From: Octopus bimaculoides
Taxonomy: Eukaryota
Length of the DNA stretch: 32,389 bases
Direction of reading: 5' to 3'
Assembly (NCBI RefSeq): GCF_001194135.2
Contig: NC_068993.1
Coordinates: 13,710,165-13,742,553 of the forward strand
The notes under the pieces are model-generated. The model was not told the DNA's origin and ran no database searches. It was given only the letters and a program-made list of their open reading frames with translations. The position numbers and the translations under genes are program-made. Shown here piece by piece: positions 1-11,700 of this stretch (its first letter is position 1; every line of letters starts with the position of its first letter).

Positions 1-10
1 TATATATAGA

Positions 11-481
11 TGGCAGACATACGTCTCGTACTCAAATGTTCAGTGATAATGTACTGAAATGAACCGTAATTAATCTGCGCATCTTCTGATGACTCACGGA
101 TGGTGATTCAACGATCACCCTCGCACTTCCGGCACTTCTACAGTGTTTTTTGTCAGTTATTCTGATAGTGAGTCTCTCAGAACGTTCGTCAATATCGACA
201 TTGTTTGAACCATCGTGGAAACGTCCAAACCACTCGTAGACTTGTGTGATACTTATACACACCTCTCCATACTCTTTCTGCAATATTGCGTGGGCCACTG
301 AACAGGTATCGCAATCATAACTTTCTTTGTCACGATCATGCGACGTTACTTCGAAGCACTGGTGTAACTTAGTGCACATGCACAGCAGAGTTCGAGGTCA
401 ATTTGTGTCAAGTGGCGTCACTCTGCATACTTTAGTTTCGTTAATATATCAACAGTCAAGATACTTATTGATTAGACCTCG
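11..481 (-). mobile_element. Mariner transposon 5' remnant (TIR plus degenerate N-terminal HTH region), truncated at a (TA)n tract
   Basis: The minus strand begins TA|CGAGGTCTAATCAATAAGTATC, a mariner-type TIR (TA at 482-483). Translation gives ILQKEYGEVCISITQVYEWFGRFHDGSNNVDIDERSER and later STRRMSA, matching the mariner N-terminus pattern (YG..C.S.TQVYEWF.RF..G...V.DDERSGRP). Confidence 0.88.
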
Positions 482-483
482 TA

Positions 484-509
484 TATATGTACGTATACAT
501 ACATACATG

Positions 510-540
<31 letters not shown>

Positions 541-550
541 NNNNNNNNNN

Positions 551-604
<54 letters not shown>

Positions 605-608
605 GTAT
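484..608. repeat. Compound microsatellite (TACA)n/(TA)n/(GT)n with a 10-N gap
   Basis: Directly visible simple repeats. Confidence 0.95.
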
Positions 609-2189
609 ATGCATGTGTGTCTAGTTCTGTATGTATGTTTGTTTTGTCCATCTTAGTACTCACGATTTGGTTATTGATATATCTTGTAATTTGCATCATT
701 TTAGGTATAATATACAAAAAAGGATCCCGAATCATGCAGATATGTGAACTTCTCGTTGAGCCCTATTTCTAATTAAGGAATTGTTTTAACAATACACATC
801 ATGTGCTCATCCTAATTAGCTTATGTTTTTTTTTTCTACATATCGGCGTAAATTCATCGACAAGCGTTATAAGCGATTTCAATTAGATTATATTTTAAGT
901 GTGAAAGCAATAAGAAATTTACTATAGATAAATGATTAATATTGACTGTTTTTCAGTGCATAAATTGTGTAAGAGTTTTTTACTGCTTACGCTATTAAAA
1001 TAATACTTAGATTTGTTTAATACATTAAATGCAGATCTCTCGACCACTATGATGTTAGAAAACGAGTCATAACCTAGAAGCTAGATAACTCTCTTGGGAA
1101 AATAAAGTGAAAGTGAAATTGTGCTTAAAAAAAGAAAAAAATAGAATAGAAACAGGAAGAAAATATATGGTATTTCGTACACATGTGTTCCTTTTGTAGT
1201 TTTGATATGCATATGGTTTTCATGAAAAATCTTGCCTCATTTAATACGTCAAATTCTGTGATTTTTCACTTCTAATTGTGAACAATAAAAGCAAATCTAC
1301 TTAGAGGTTTTCTAATCATTTTTTTAGTGACAGCAGCAAATTTCCCACTTTGCTGAAAAGCGAAGGTAGTACAAAAATGTATGCATTATTGTCCCTGTAA
1401 CTAATTCAATAATTAACACCAGGTGTACGCATGAAAATTTCACGCTTGTTCTAAAGACTATAAGATTGTAGGATGCTTAAAGAAAGCTATGTGACACATA
1501 ATTGGTTTTGAAATTGTATTTTGCAAATGTGTCTGATTCTCGTAATTGTGTAAATCCAGAGAAATTGTACTGAATATGCAGTCTTAGAAAAACTCAGCTT
1601 TCTAAACTACATTCTTTGTGATACATTTATCACCTGTTATAAATTTAGAGCTGTTTTGTATCATTCTTTTATTTTGTCGCTACATCAAGGAATGAATACG
1701 TTCTAAAAAAATGCTACACACAATTACATAAGAATATACGGGTTTACGAAGAAATAATGCAACTTTGGTGAATGTTTGTTTTAGACAGTTGAAAATGATA
1801 GAAGTATCAGGAATTCATCTCTCTGAAGAATAAGAGATAAATTATCAATTCTTTGTCGTCTGTTTTCGGGAGATGGTTTCCTTGCACTCACATTAATATT
1901 TTTTCTCGTTTAGATCCGATTCTCACATTTACTGTGCAATGCATTTCACGTATTCATACCTTTACTTAATGTCTAAATTAGAGTATGTCTTTAAATTTAA
2001 TCTTACCGTGTTTATTTTAAATTGTTACTTCACTGTTTCTCTTGGCGTTTTCATCGTAACTCTGTTAAAATTATCGAATATACATTACGCAATCTTGATT
2101 AAACAAGGAAATCAAAGGTATATGTCTCTCTATATTATATGCAGTGATACAACAGTTTTGGTAACACTGGATCAAATATTGCTTTTGAA

Positions 2190-2367
2190 TTTTAGCTCAA
2201 GGCCAGAATTATCTAGGGACGGTTTAGGTAGATTACTCTGACAACTGGTACTTCTTTTATTGACTCCGAAAGGATGGAAAGCAAATTCTACCTCTATAGA
2301 ACTTGAGCTCTGACGGAATGCTGCTAAGTATTTTCACCAGAATGCTAACGATTCTGTCAGCTCGCCC
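2190..2367 (-). mobile_element. Short tRNA-headed SINE (family A), diverged copy
   Basis: The reverse complement begins GGCGAGCTGACAGAATCGTTAGCATT. It aligns by eye with the copies at 13276-13490 and 25579-25786. Confidence 0.8.
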
Positions 2368-2387
2368 TCTCGTGCCGTAGCAAATAT

Positions 2388-2591
2388 TCCATTCTACTAT
2401 AGGCACAAGGCCTCAAATTTTGAGTGAGGGATAAGTCGATTACATCAACTCAACTGGTATTTACTTCATCGGCGTCCAAATGGAATGAAAGGCAAAGTCG
2501 ACCTCGGGGGAAATTTGAACTCAGAACGTAAAGATAGACGAAATGCTGCCAAGCATTTTTCCGGCATGCTAACGCGTCTGCCTGCTCGCCC
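2388..2591 (-). mobile_element. SINE family A, near full length
   Basis: Plus strand reads ATTCTACTATAGGCACAAGGCCTCAAATTTT...GAAAGGCAAAGTCGACCTCGG...ATTTGAACTCAGAACG...GCTCGCC, the reverse complement of the family A sequence with B-box-like GAGTTCAAATT. Confidence 0.88.
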
Positions 2592-3519
2592 CCTACCGCT
2601 GCATTAAATATTAATATGTTGCTTTACATCATTCTTTTCCTCTCAGAGTAAGGTAAATATGACTGGACTTGAATACAGAATATTCGCTACCTAATGTACA
2701 TATTTTGGGATTCTGTAAAAATGTATGTCAATAGTATTTGGGATATTCGTCGTTTCATAATGAGGATTGAATTGTTCGGTCAAATAAATTTGCTGTCCCT
2801 CATTTAAGTTGTAAATGACAGAGCATTTCATAGAAACGTGAACTTTTAATGTACTTCTAAGTCAACATTGTCGCACAACGTGTAACAATGCTGTAGCTAC
2901 TGAAATGCATGAGCAATCCACATAAACTTCTATCGAGTTTGTTTAATCACATTCACTCACAAGATATAAGTGGACAATACTCGTCCAAGATGCGACACGA
3001 ATGAAGAGAACTTCTTAAACATTCAGTTATAGTATAAGTTCAATATAAATATTTCTTTATTAGTAAATTATGTTGCAAATAATATATATATATATATATT
3101 GTATATATAATAAACTGTATTTGATTTGGTTTCCTAGTTAAAGTGGAATTATATACACATATAATTGTAGAAACATGATATAGATAATATTATTTATAAA
3201 CTTGTATTTTGTTTTTCGCCTATTACAATTTAATGCCAATGGCATTAAATATGGTGACATAAACCTTAGTATGTTTTTGTATGCATACTTGTGTCAATAT
3301 ATTTAGATGACCGCTGTTTTAAACAGAGGATGTGACATGTATATAATTGATGATTATATCGTTAAGCTAATGTCCGGAGTTCAAGCGTGTTCCCATTAGT
3401 GCCGGTTGTAGAAGGATGGCCTACAACGCTCTGATTTACTCACATGCAATGCGCGGAGATGCAATCTCCAAGTGGTGCCTCGATGACTTAATGGCTCAGG
3501 GGACACACTTTTTTAGACA

Positions 3520-4265
3520 CTTAAAACCAGGAGATGAGAAAAAAAAAGGAGTGGAAGAAAAATGATGTTACTAATAAAACATAGAGAGAATTGTGTGTCA
3601 TACTGAGCAGGATAATGTATGGATATTATAGGAATGATTGATCGACAAGGAAAAATGCGAAAGCAAATACTTTTATAAATACGTATATACAATGAATGAG
3701 AAAAGACAATGTGTTACTAGTGAAAGAAGTAAAAGAATGAGAGAAAGAGAGAAACATATGTAAAGAAGAACATACAGAATATAGAGAGAGAAAGAACAAG
3801 AAACATGAGAGAGAAAGAAGAGAGAGCGGGAGACAGAATGTAAGCGAAAGAAGATCAATACAAATGAATACAAGGACAGTGAGAAAATATATGAGGTTAT
3901 GAGAACGAGGCTAAGATGTATGATCGAGGGAGAATAACAAAAGCTGATTGAATGAAAGTGATTGATTAAGGGTTAGTAAGTGTGAGAGTGGGCAATAGAA
4001 GAGGAGACTATTGTTAGTGAAACTGGAGAAATAATCCTGCGAGAACTTGAATGCTTGAGAGGGAGAATGAGAGTTGAAACACAATTGAGAGAGAGAGAGA
4101 GAGAGCGGAAGAGGAGAAGGGAGAGAGAGAGAGAGGAAGAGCAGAAGAGAGAGAGAGGAAGAGCAGAATAGAGAGACAGGTTTAGGGAGATGCAGATATA
4201 GAGTTAATGAGATACTGAGACGGAGAAAACAAAAAAGTGAGATTGACTTAATAAATGAGAAAGTC
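3520..4265. repeat. Purine-rich (AG/AAG) low-complexity tract
   Basis: Strong A/G bias with (AG)n runs at about 4088-4165. This explains the L/S-rich minus-strand ORFs. Confidence 0.85.
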
Positions 4266-5005
4266 ATAGTGATAATTCTTGTAATTTTTGTTCATTATTG
4301 ATTGATAATCTAATCAATGACAGAATAATTAGAAGAGCGAATTTCAGAACAACACCAACAACAACTATATAAATAAATAAATAAAAGTGACGAATGTATA
4401 ATAAAAGCATTATTTTGAAGAAGGGAAGAGAATTAATTGGTATACAAATATTTTGTTTGTAGATCGACGCTATAAGACAATGTTTCTCATAGGAGAAGAA
4501 CCTGTCAGGAAGAAAATGGAGCAGATAAATCGCCATGTTTAATACAATTAAGATGATTTTACACTTTTACAACTTGGCCAATGCCATGGCAAAGAAAGAA
4601 GACTTATGTATGCAAACTCTGTTTTTCTTTCTCATTAATAAAGGGAGAGAAAGGAAAGCCTTAGTATTCCAGTGGCGTGAATTGGTAGATGTCATATTGA
4701 GAACCATTTGCGAAAAAAAAAATGGACAGACTTAGTATAGACCCATAATTAAAATAGTGTGAGTTTAAGTTCGAGCAATGTTATGTATGTGTACGTTTGC
4801 AAATGTATGCATGTATACGTAAATGTATTCATGTAAACGAATGCATATACATAAGATTTGTTAAGCAGCGCCAATTTAGCCGTGGTCGTTTAGCGTTATC
4901 GAAGGCAGCAATTGCATAGTCATCCGTACATTTTTGAATATCCGGAATCACTTATCCAATGTGAAAGTCATATTATAAAAGAAAACCATCCATCCGTCTG
5001 TCTGT

Positions 5006-5029
5006 CTGTCCGTCATACTGCAGGGCGGA

Positions 5030-5082
<53 letters not shown>

Positions 5083-5224
5083 CATCCATCTATCTATATG
5101 TCTATCTGTCTGTCTGTCTGTCTCTCTGTTTGTCTGTCTGTCTTTCTATCCGTCCGTCCCTTCGTCCGTCCAGCTATGTATGTATGTATGTATGTATGTA
5201 TGTATGTATGTATCTATCTATCTA

Positions 5225-5290
<66 letters not shown>
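5006..5290. repeat. Compound microsatellite (TCTG)n/(TATC)n/(TATG)n/(TA)n
   Basis: Directly visible. Confidence 0.95.
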
Positions 5291-5293
<3 letters not shown>

Positions 5294-5799
5294 AATCGAG
5301 AGATTATAGATGGAAGGAGAAAGAAAGAAAATAATAACGAAAGAATTTTAGGCAAGATATAAATAAAAGAAGAAAATTGAGATATTATTGTTTGTCAGAA
5401 TGAATTTTATTGAAAAATGAATACTTTTTTTGGTGAAAGAGAGAGAGAGATAGAAAGAAAGACAGAGAGGAAAACAGAGATATGTGTAAATAAGCGATGT
5501 GAAACGTAAAAAGTGGTGTGGCATAATTTTAGAATTGAAACATAGAAAAGGGAGATAAGTGAAGGAGATATTAATTGTCTAAATGATAGTTTTAGAGAAT
5601 TAAAAGATTGAAATACGTACTATATAATGGAGATGTGCAAGAGAGGTGGAGGATGGGAGAAAATATTGAGTAGAAAATAATGGCAACGAGTGAAAGAAAG
5701 AAGTATTATATTGCGTGAAAAAACATAATAGAAAGAAAGGAAAAAAGCGACTAAAGAATTGCGATATTTCTAAAACCATTAAACCAAAGAAATATTGAA

Positions 5800-5959
5800 A
5801 CACACACAAACACACACACACGCAAACACACACGCACACTCCTACATACACGTACGCACATACAAACACACACAGACGACACACATGCGCTCACACATAT
5901 GCACACACACGCGCATATATATCTATAAATATACATACATATATGCACGAATATATATG

Positions 5960-6008
<49 letters not shown>

Positions 6009-6010
6009 TA
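5800..6010. repeat. Degenerate (CA)n then (TA)n microsatellite
   Basis: Directly visible; it abuts the mariner TIR at 6013. Confidence 0.9.
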
Positions 6011-6012
6011 TA

Positions 6013-6652
6013 TGAAATCTAATCAACAAGTAACCGGACTCTTGCCATAGTAACAGAGCTAAAGCACGCAGGGGAAGCCGCTTAGCATAGATTGATCGTG
6101 AACTCTGCTGTGCATGCGCACTGAGTTTCAACGTTCTAGCTCGATCCGCTATGTACGATGGTGCTGCGAAGTAACGTGTGTAGCGTGTGATCGTCGCATT
6201 GTCCATGACAGAGTAAGTTGTCATGGCGATATCGGCTCAGAGGCCTACAGAGGCCTACACAAAGTTGCAGAAAGTTTATGAACAGGAGTGTATGAGCTGC
6301 ACCCAAGTGCAGGAGTGGTTCAGACGTTTCCAATATGGTCGAAGAGGTGGCGATAATGACGAATGTTTTGGGAGAGACACAACCAGCAGGAAATGAAAAA
6401 AACAAAAAAAACATCGCAGATGTGCGTGCTTCTGTGAGGGGAAATCGTCGAATCACCATCCGTGAATTATCAGAGGATGTGTAGATTAGTTGCCGATTCA
6501 GTTCATTTTGACTGAAGATTTCGGTATGAGACGCATGCCTGTCAAGTTTGTGCCAAAACTGCTTTCAGCTGACCCCCAAAAGTCATTCGGGTTTCATTTG
6601 TACAAGATCTACTTGATTGTGTTGAGAACGATTGAAACGTTTTGAGATCACT
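6013..6652 (+). mobile_element. Mariner transposon 5' remnant, same family as 11-481
   Basis: TA|TGAAATCTAATCAACAAGTAACC resembles the TIR at 481. Translation gives TEAYTKLQKVYEQECMSCTQVQEWFRRFQYG...NIADVRASVRGNRRITIRELSEDV*...LTEDFGMRRMPVKFVPKLLSAD...QDLLDCVEND. KFVPKL corresponds to the mariner WVPHEL-type motif. Stops and frameshifts are present. Confidence 0.92.
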
Positions 6653-8204
6653 TTTTGCGGTTAAAGTTGCTTCAGAAAATCGATGAGACTTTAACGTAGA
6701 ATACACTAACCATTTTAAGCTAATCGGTTCTCGGAACTTACATTAACAAACATTAGACGTTTAACCAGGATATCTTCCAGTTTTTATAATGCTCAGTAAA
6801 TACCAGTCTTATACTGCTCGTAAAGAAAGGTTTTATACACGTTAGTTAATGTCAGATCATCGATTCCTTTGAGACACAAAAAAAGCATATGAAAAATTCG
6901 TTTGTTATTGAATGTCATCAGCGCCTACTTGTATCGAGTTAAAGCAGGTCGGTGAGAGATAAGAATCAAGTAAATATGCACAATGTCCCATGAAAAATGC
7001 TGACACACTAACTGAATAACATATAGGGAAGCTAAATTAACGCTAAAAAGCTGACAAGTTGTATACAATAAAAATAAATATAACATGATACCATAACGCT
7101 TCCTCAGTTACAAATATAATCGTAAGCTAATCGCTGGATTTTTATTATTTCGGCGAGTAAACTAGTATTTGAAATGCTGAGTGTACAATACTAGAGGAAG
7201 ATCTAATGAGTGAATCACTGTGAAATGGTGAAGACATGTCGGTGTCGAAAAATAGCGTAATTAATTTAAGGGGTGATGTATTCAATTCCAGTAAACAATA
7301 AAGTGTGTATTTATTGAAATTGTATTGCTATGTTTGAAGCGGGATCAAAAACCTAGAGGGAATGTTCCAGCTTAATTTGCATAACATGCAAAATGGAGAA
7401 TCTGATGTTTATTCATGGGCAATGGGCAATTATGGATATGTTTCGCATTCTATAACCTCTTCAGTATAGTAGAAACTCGATGAGCCTGCAGATAAAATTC
7501 GTGTTTTTAAAAGAACAAATATAAATACGTATATTGATGCCGAAAATTAATTTACATAAATAAATATAAAAAGATCTAAGGGGAATAACTTAGGAGACGG
7601 CTGCCTGAATTTGGAAAGTTTAAGCAAAAAAGGAAATTATAGGACACAGTACGCAATAAAACAATAACATTCTAACGTATTAGAAATTTTCTCTATGTTG
7701 TAAACCGAAAACAAACAAAATAAATAAAACGTACAAGTTTCCTTGTAGGCAACTCCCAGGGAGAAGAGCAAGTTTGAAAAAATTGAGAATAAATATCGCA
7801 AGTTAATTTACTTGCTTAAAGAAAGAGCAGTCTGGTGTTTGTTTGCAGACAAGAGCCAACTGTGTACATGTTCATCGGTCTATTTGATGTAGCCAGCAAT
7901 ATGCAGTGCTTTACAGCCTGCAGATCAGTAATGGAATTTTACATACAGAAAATGGTTAACCTATTTTCTGTATATATTTTAGGTTAAGAAAATAGGATTG
8001 TTTAGAGAACAAATAAATCAGAGACATGAAATTATAAACTAGCATTTCAACCATCCGTAGAGTTAGAATAAACATAATGTCGTTTGGTAGCATATATATG
8101 AATGTATACATGTATGTATTTATCCTTGTATATATGTGTATGCATGCATGTATGTAGATATGTGTCCATGTATACATTTGTATATATACGTATAGAAATG
8201 TACA

Positions 8205-8219
8205 TACCCACACACACAC

Positions 8220-8285
<66 letters not shown>

Positions 8286-8338
8286 CTAAATTTAAACATG
8301 CATGTATATATTTATATATATGTATAATTTATATATAT
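8205..8338. repeat. (CA)n/(TA)n microsatellite leading into gap 8339-8648
   Basis: Directly visible. Confidence 0.9.
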
Positions 8339-8707
8339 NNNNNNNNNNNNNNNNNNNNNNNNNNNNNNNNNNNNNNNNNNNNNNNNNNNNNNNNNNNNNN
8401 NNNNNNNNNNNNNNNNNNNNNNNNNNNNNNNNNNNNNNNNNNNNNNNNNNNNNNNNNNNNNNNNNNNNNNNNNNNNNNNNNNNNNNNNNNNNNNNNNNNN
8501 NNNNNNNNNNNNNNNNNNNNNNNNNNNNNNNNNNNNNNNNNNNNNNNNNNNNNNNNNNNNNNNNNNNNNNNNNNNNNNNNNNNNNNNNNNNNNNNNNNNN
8601 NNNNNNNNNNNNNNNNNNNNNNNNNNNNNNNNNNNNNNNNNNNNNNNNTACATCCTTTTGTTGTTTACACCACCTGTCCTCGTCTGTTGTTTCTTTCGTA
8701 CATTCTC

Positions 8708-8745
<38 letters not shown>

Positions 8746-11700
8746 TTTGGGATTATATTTTGATCTGCAACATTTTTGCTGTTTTCTGTGATTTAATATG
8801 TTACCGCAATTCGATGTACCGCGTGTAGATCGAGTTGTTGGTCTTTTCCAGCTATTTCTGTTAAAGTTTTGCCTATACCTAGACACAGGAATTTAGCGAC
8901 TGTTGTATTAGAAAACAAAGTCACACTGCCAATGCCCTAAATACCACTAAATGTAGGAAATCACGTCTAACTGTCCAATATAACCGATACAGTGACGTAT
9001 TCCAGCGGTGCTCTTTAAGTGTAAATTATATAACAATATATTCTACTGACCAACAGTGCTGCAAGAGAAGCAGAGAAAAATTTACATCAGAGCAACAAAC
9101 AAACATTGAAAGCCAATTTTACACAACACAGAATTGTTTCGCTGTTTTTGAGAAATAATGATTCTACGTCTCTACGGGAGAATACATGGGATCTAAAAGA
9201 AAAATCGTTAATATAAATAAAAATGAAGTATCATAAATTTTAATGTCTTCAGTGTGATAGATGGACATTAAAACTATTAGGTACATTTCTACTCCGTATA
9301 CAGCAAAGTAAACGACCTGTCAGTGGTTCGACGAAGACATATTGAAAGTAATATAGCAGCTAATTACCTTTGATGCATCTGTCAGGGGAACGAACAGAAA
9401 AAGAGAAGGAAAGATAGACACCTTGTCAATGATAATCGCCCTCAAACTCGTACAAACATGTGTGTGTTTATGTTTTCTTCTGAGTGTGTGTATACTATGA
9501 AGAGCGATAGAGTGATAGGGAGAGAGAGAAAGAGAGTGAAAAAGCAGAAGAAATTTAAAGAAAAAGAGTATTTGATACATAGAGAATGTTGTGTTCAAAG
9601 GATTTTACAGCTTGTTTGAAAAAAAAAAAAAGGATCTTTTCAATGATAAAAAATGTTAGAGCCATTCCGTGTTGCTAAACTATTCCCATTATGAAACCAG
9701 TAACGGATACACATAAGCATAGTGACTTAAATATACACGCATAGTGTCGCACACACTAAGAGTTGAACATAATCAAACACAGCGTCAGGCGCTAGCACAC
9801 AACACGTGAATGGAAAGTTACGTATTCCGCTTAAGACAAAGATTTGTCCACTATTGGAAATGAAAGAGAGAGAAAAATCAATTGATCATACCTCTGGGAT
9901 TTCAGCTTCAAAAAATATTTTTTAAAAATATATCACCAAATAATCTTTAAAGTATTTATCACAGCTGAGACATTAGATGAAAGTAGAATCGCCTCAAAGA
10001 ACTAATATTGAATAAAATGATATAAATATATAAAAAGTGGGAAGGCCGAAAAATAAAATAAAAACGAAATTTTGCTCAAAATTGGTCGATATAATCTGAA
10101 AGATGGTGAGAAACAAAAATTTTCAAAAGTTATTTAAACGAAACTTACAAAGGAGTAAATGAAACATTTCTAGGGGTAAAAAATTAAAAATGGGATTGCG
10201 TTTTCGAAAACTATGTCTTAAATTACGCGGCTGTAATAAAATATATTTCAAATTCAGCAGCATACGTATATGTAAATACATCAATGGGAAACAAGGTTTA
10301 TATATAAACACGCAAGAATACATGTGCCCACACATTCAGTACCGCATACCTACCATTGCTTGAATGTTTATGATGTTCGATCGACAATCAATTAGTTTCT
10401 TTTTCGATTCCGCTAATCAGCATATTCTTCAAGATATTCCTTTTAAACTGCAGCTTTGTGTTGATCAAATCTTCCGAGTGAAATTTGGATAAAGAATCTA
10501 GTTCAGGCTGAAAATATGAGAGGTTCCTGATTCAGTCGACGTAAATATGAAATTGTTTGACAGTATATAAAGGCGATGTCATTGTAGTGTATATAATAGA
10601 CTTACTAATAACAATACGCTACGTCAAATATATAACCTCTCGTCACGTCACCGTGTATAAAGTAGTTAGTTTTAATAAGACAACACACAAACAGATGTAA
10701 GACTTCCTGCTGCAAAATAATCAGAGTTACTAGCCAAAGCATTGTAAACAGTCTAATTGTCCCATCCCTCTCGACGTATACAGATAAACAAAATATAAGG
10801 AAACCAAAGGACAAACTTATTTATATTAAAGAAATAGTGTTACACATTCAGCGTCTTTAAAAATGAATTATTAATATCAGGAGAGTTATTCCCAATACAT
10901 CTTCGAACCTATTCCCAACACATCTTCGATAATTCGTCATTCAAGTATAATACTGAGTTAGCTAAAAGTAGTTTCTCATATTATATATCTTACATCCTAA
11001 ATATCTTAAGAAAATGCAAGATACTTAGAACAGACTCCGTTACATTATATGATTTAATCTACTACTTTAATGGTGAGGAGAATGAGCGAGATACTTGTTT
11101 AAAATGTTACATGAGGAGGCGAAGAATGCACGTTCGATGGGAGACAATTGATTGAGCAATATCTCGTATATGAGCTAAGGGCGAGGAATGAGACAAAACA
11201 TTTTTTTTGAATTTGAATTAAGAATCTCGCGAATTCAATTTTCTGTCTCTGATCTATTTATAAAAACTCTACAGACACCAAAAAATTCCTGAAATAACTC
11301 AACTAGTATATGCATCTCTACTATTGATGAGATCAGATAGCCAAAAGATGTGGACGAGCTATATACAGCATCTTATCAGAATACAATATATATGTGTGGG
11401 TTTGTGAGTGTGCGCGCGTGTGTGACAACATTCCGTGGCTTATTTTCTTCTCTACTTTTTGTTGTCTTCCTTGTCATTTGTCATCGTCTCCACCATAGTA
11501 ATTAACAATTGACAATTACAATTCCCAGATTTCAATGGCGAAAACTTTGAAATTTCCACAAGATTTTCAGGTTTAACATTGTAGCTGGCACAGCAATAGA
11601 TGTCATCTAATGTTCATGCACTACATGTATCCATCGACATCGTATTCGACAGCACCGTGTTGCTTGAAGTAAACCAAAAGATTACAATTCGTTGTACGTT

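Noticed and set aside
86-115. CTGATGA motif
   Set aside because: It is the antisense of mariner coding sequence and has no downstream GAAA or helices.
1914-2241. Strong acceptor followed by an open frame SDSHIYCAMHF..., superficially LIM-like (YC..HF)
   Set aside because: There is no convincing donor and no other Cys/His ligands, and the rest of the frame is AT-rich hydrophobic filler running into a SINE.
7431-7468. Hammerhead-like CTGAAGA...GAAACATATC on the minus strand
   Set aside because: Helix II barely pairs, helix III ACATAT is not palindromic, and helix I is 3 bp at best. Probably chance, at most a very decayed copy.
7849-7990. Acceptor TTTGTTTGCAG followed by an open frame QEPTVYMFIGLFDVAS...
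   Set aside because: Only a weak donor and no recognisable homology.
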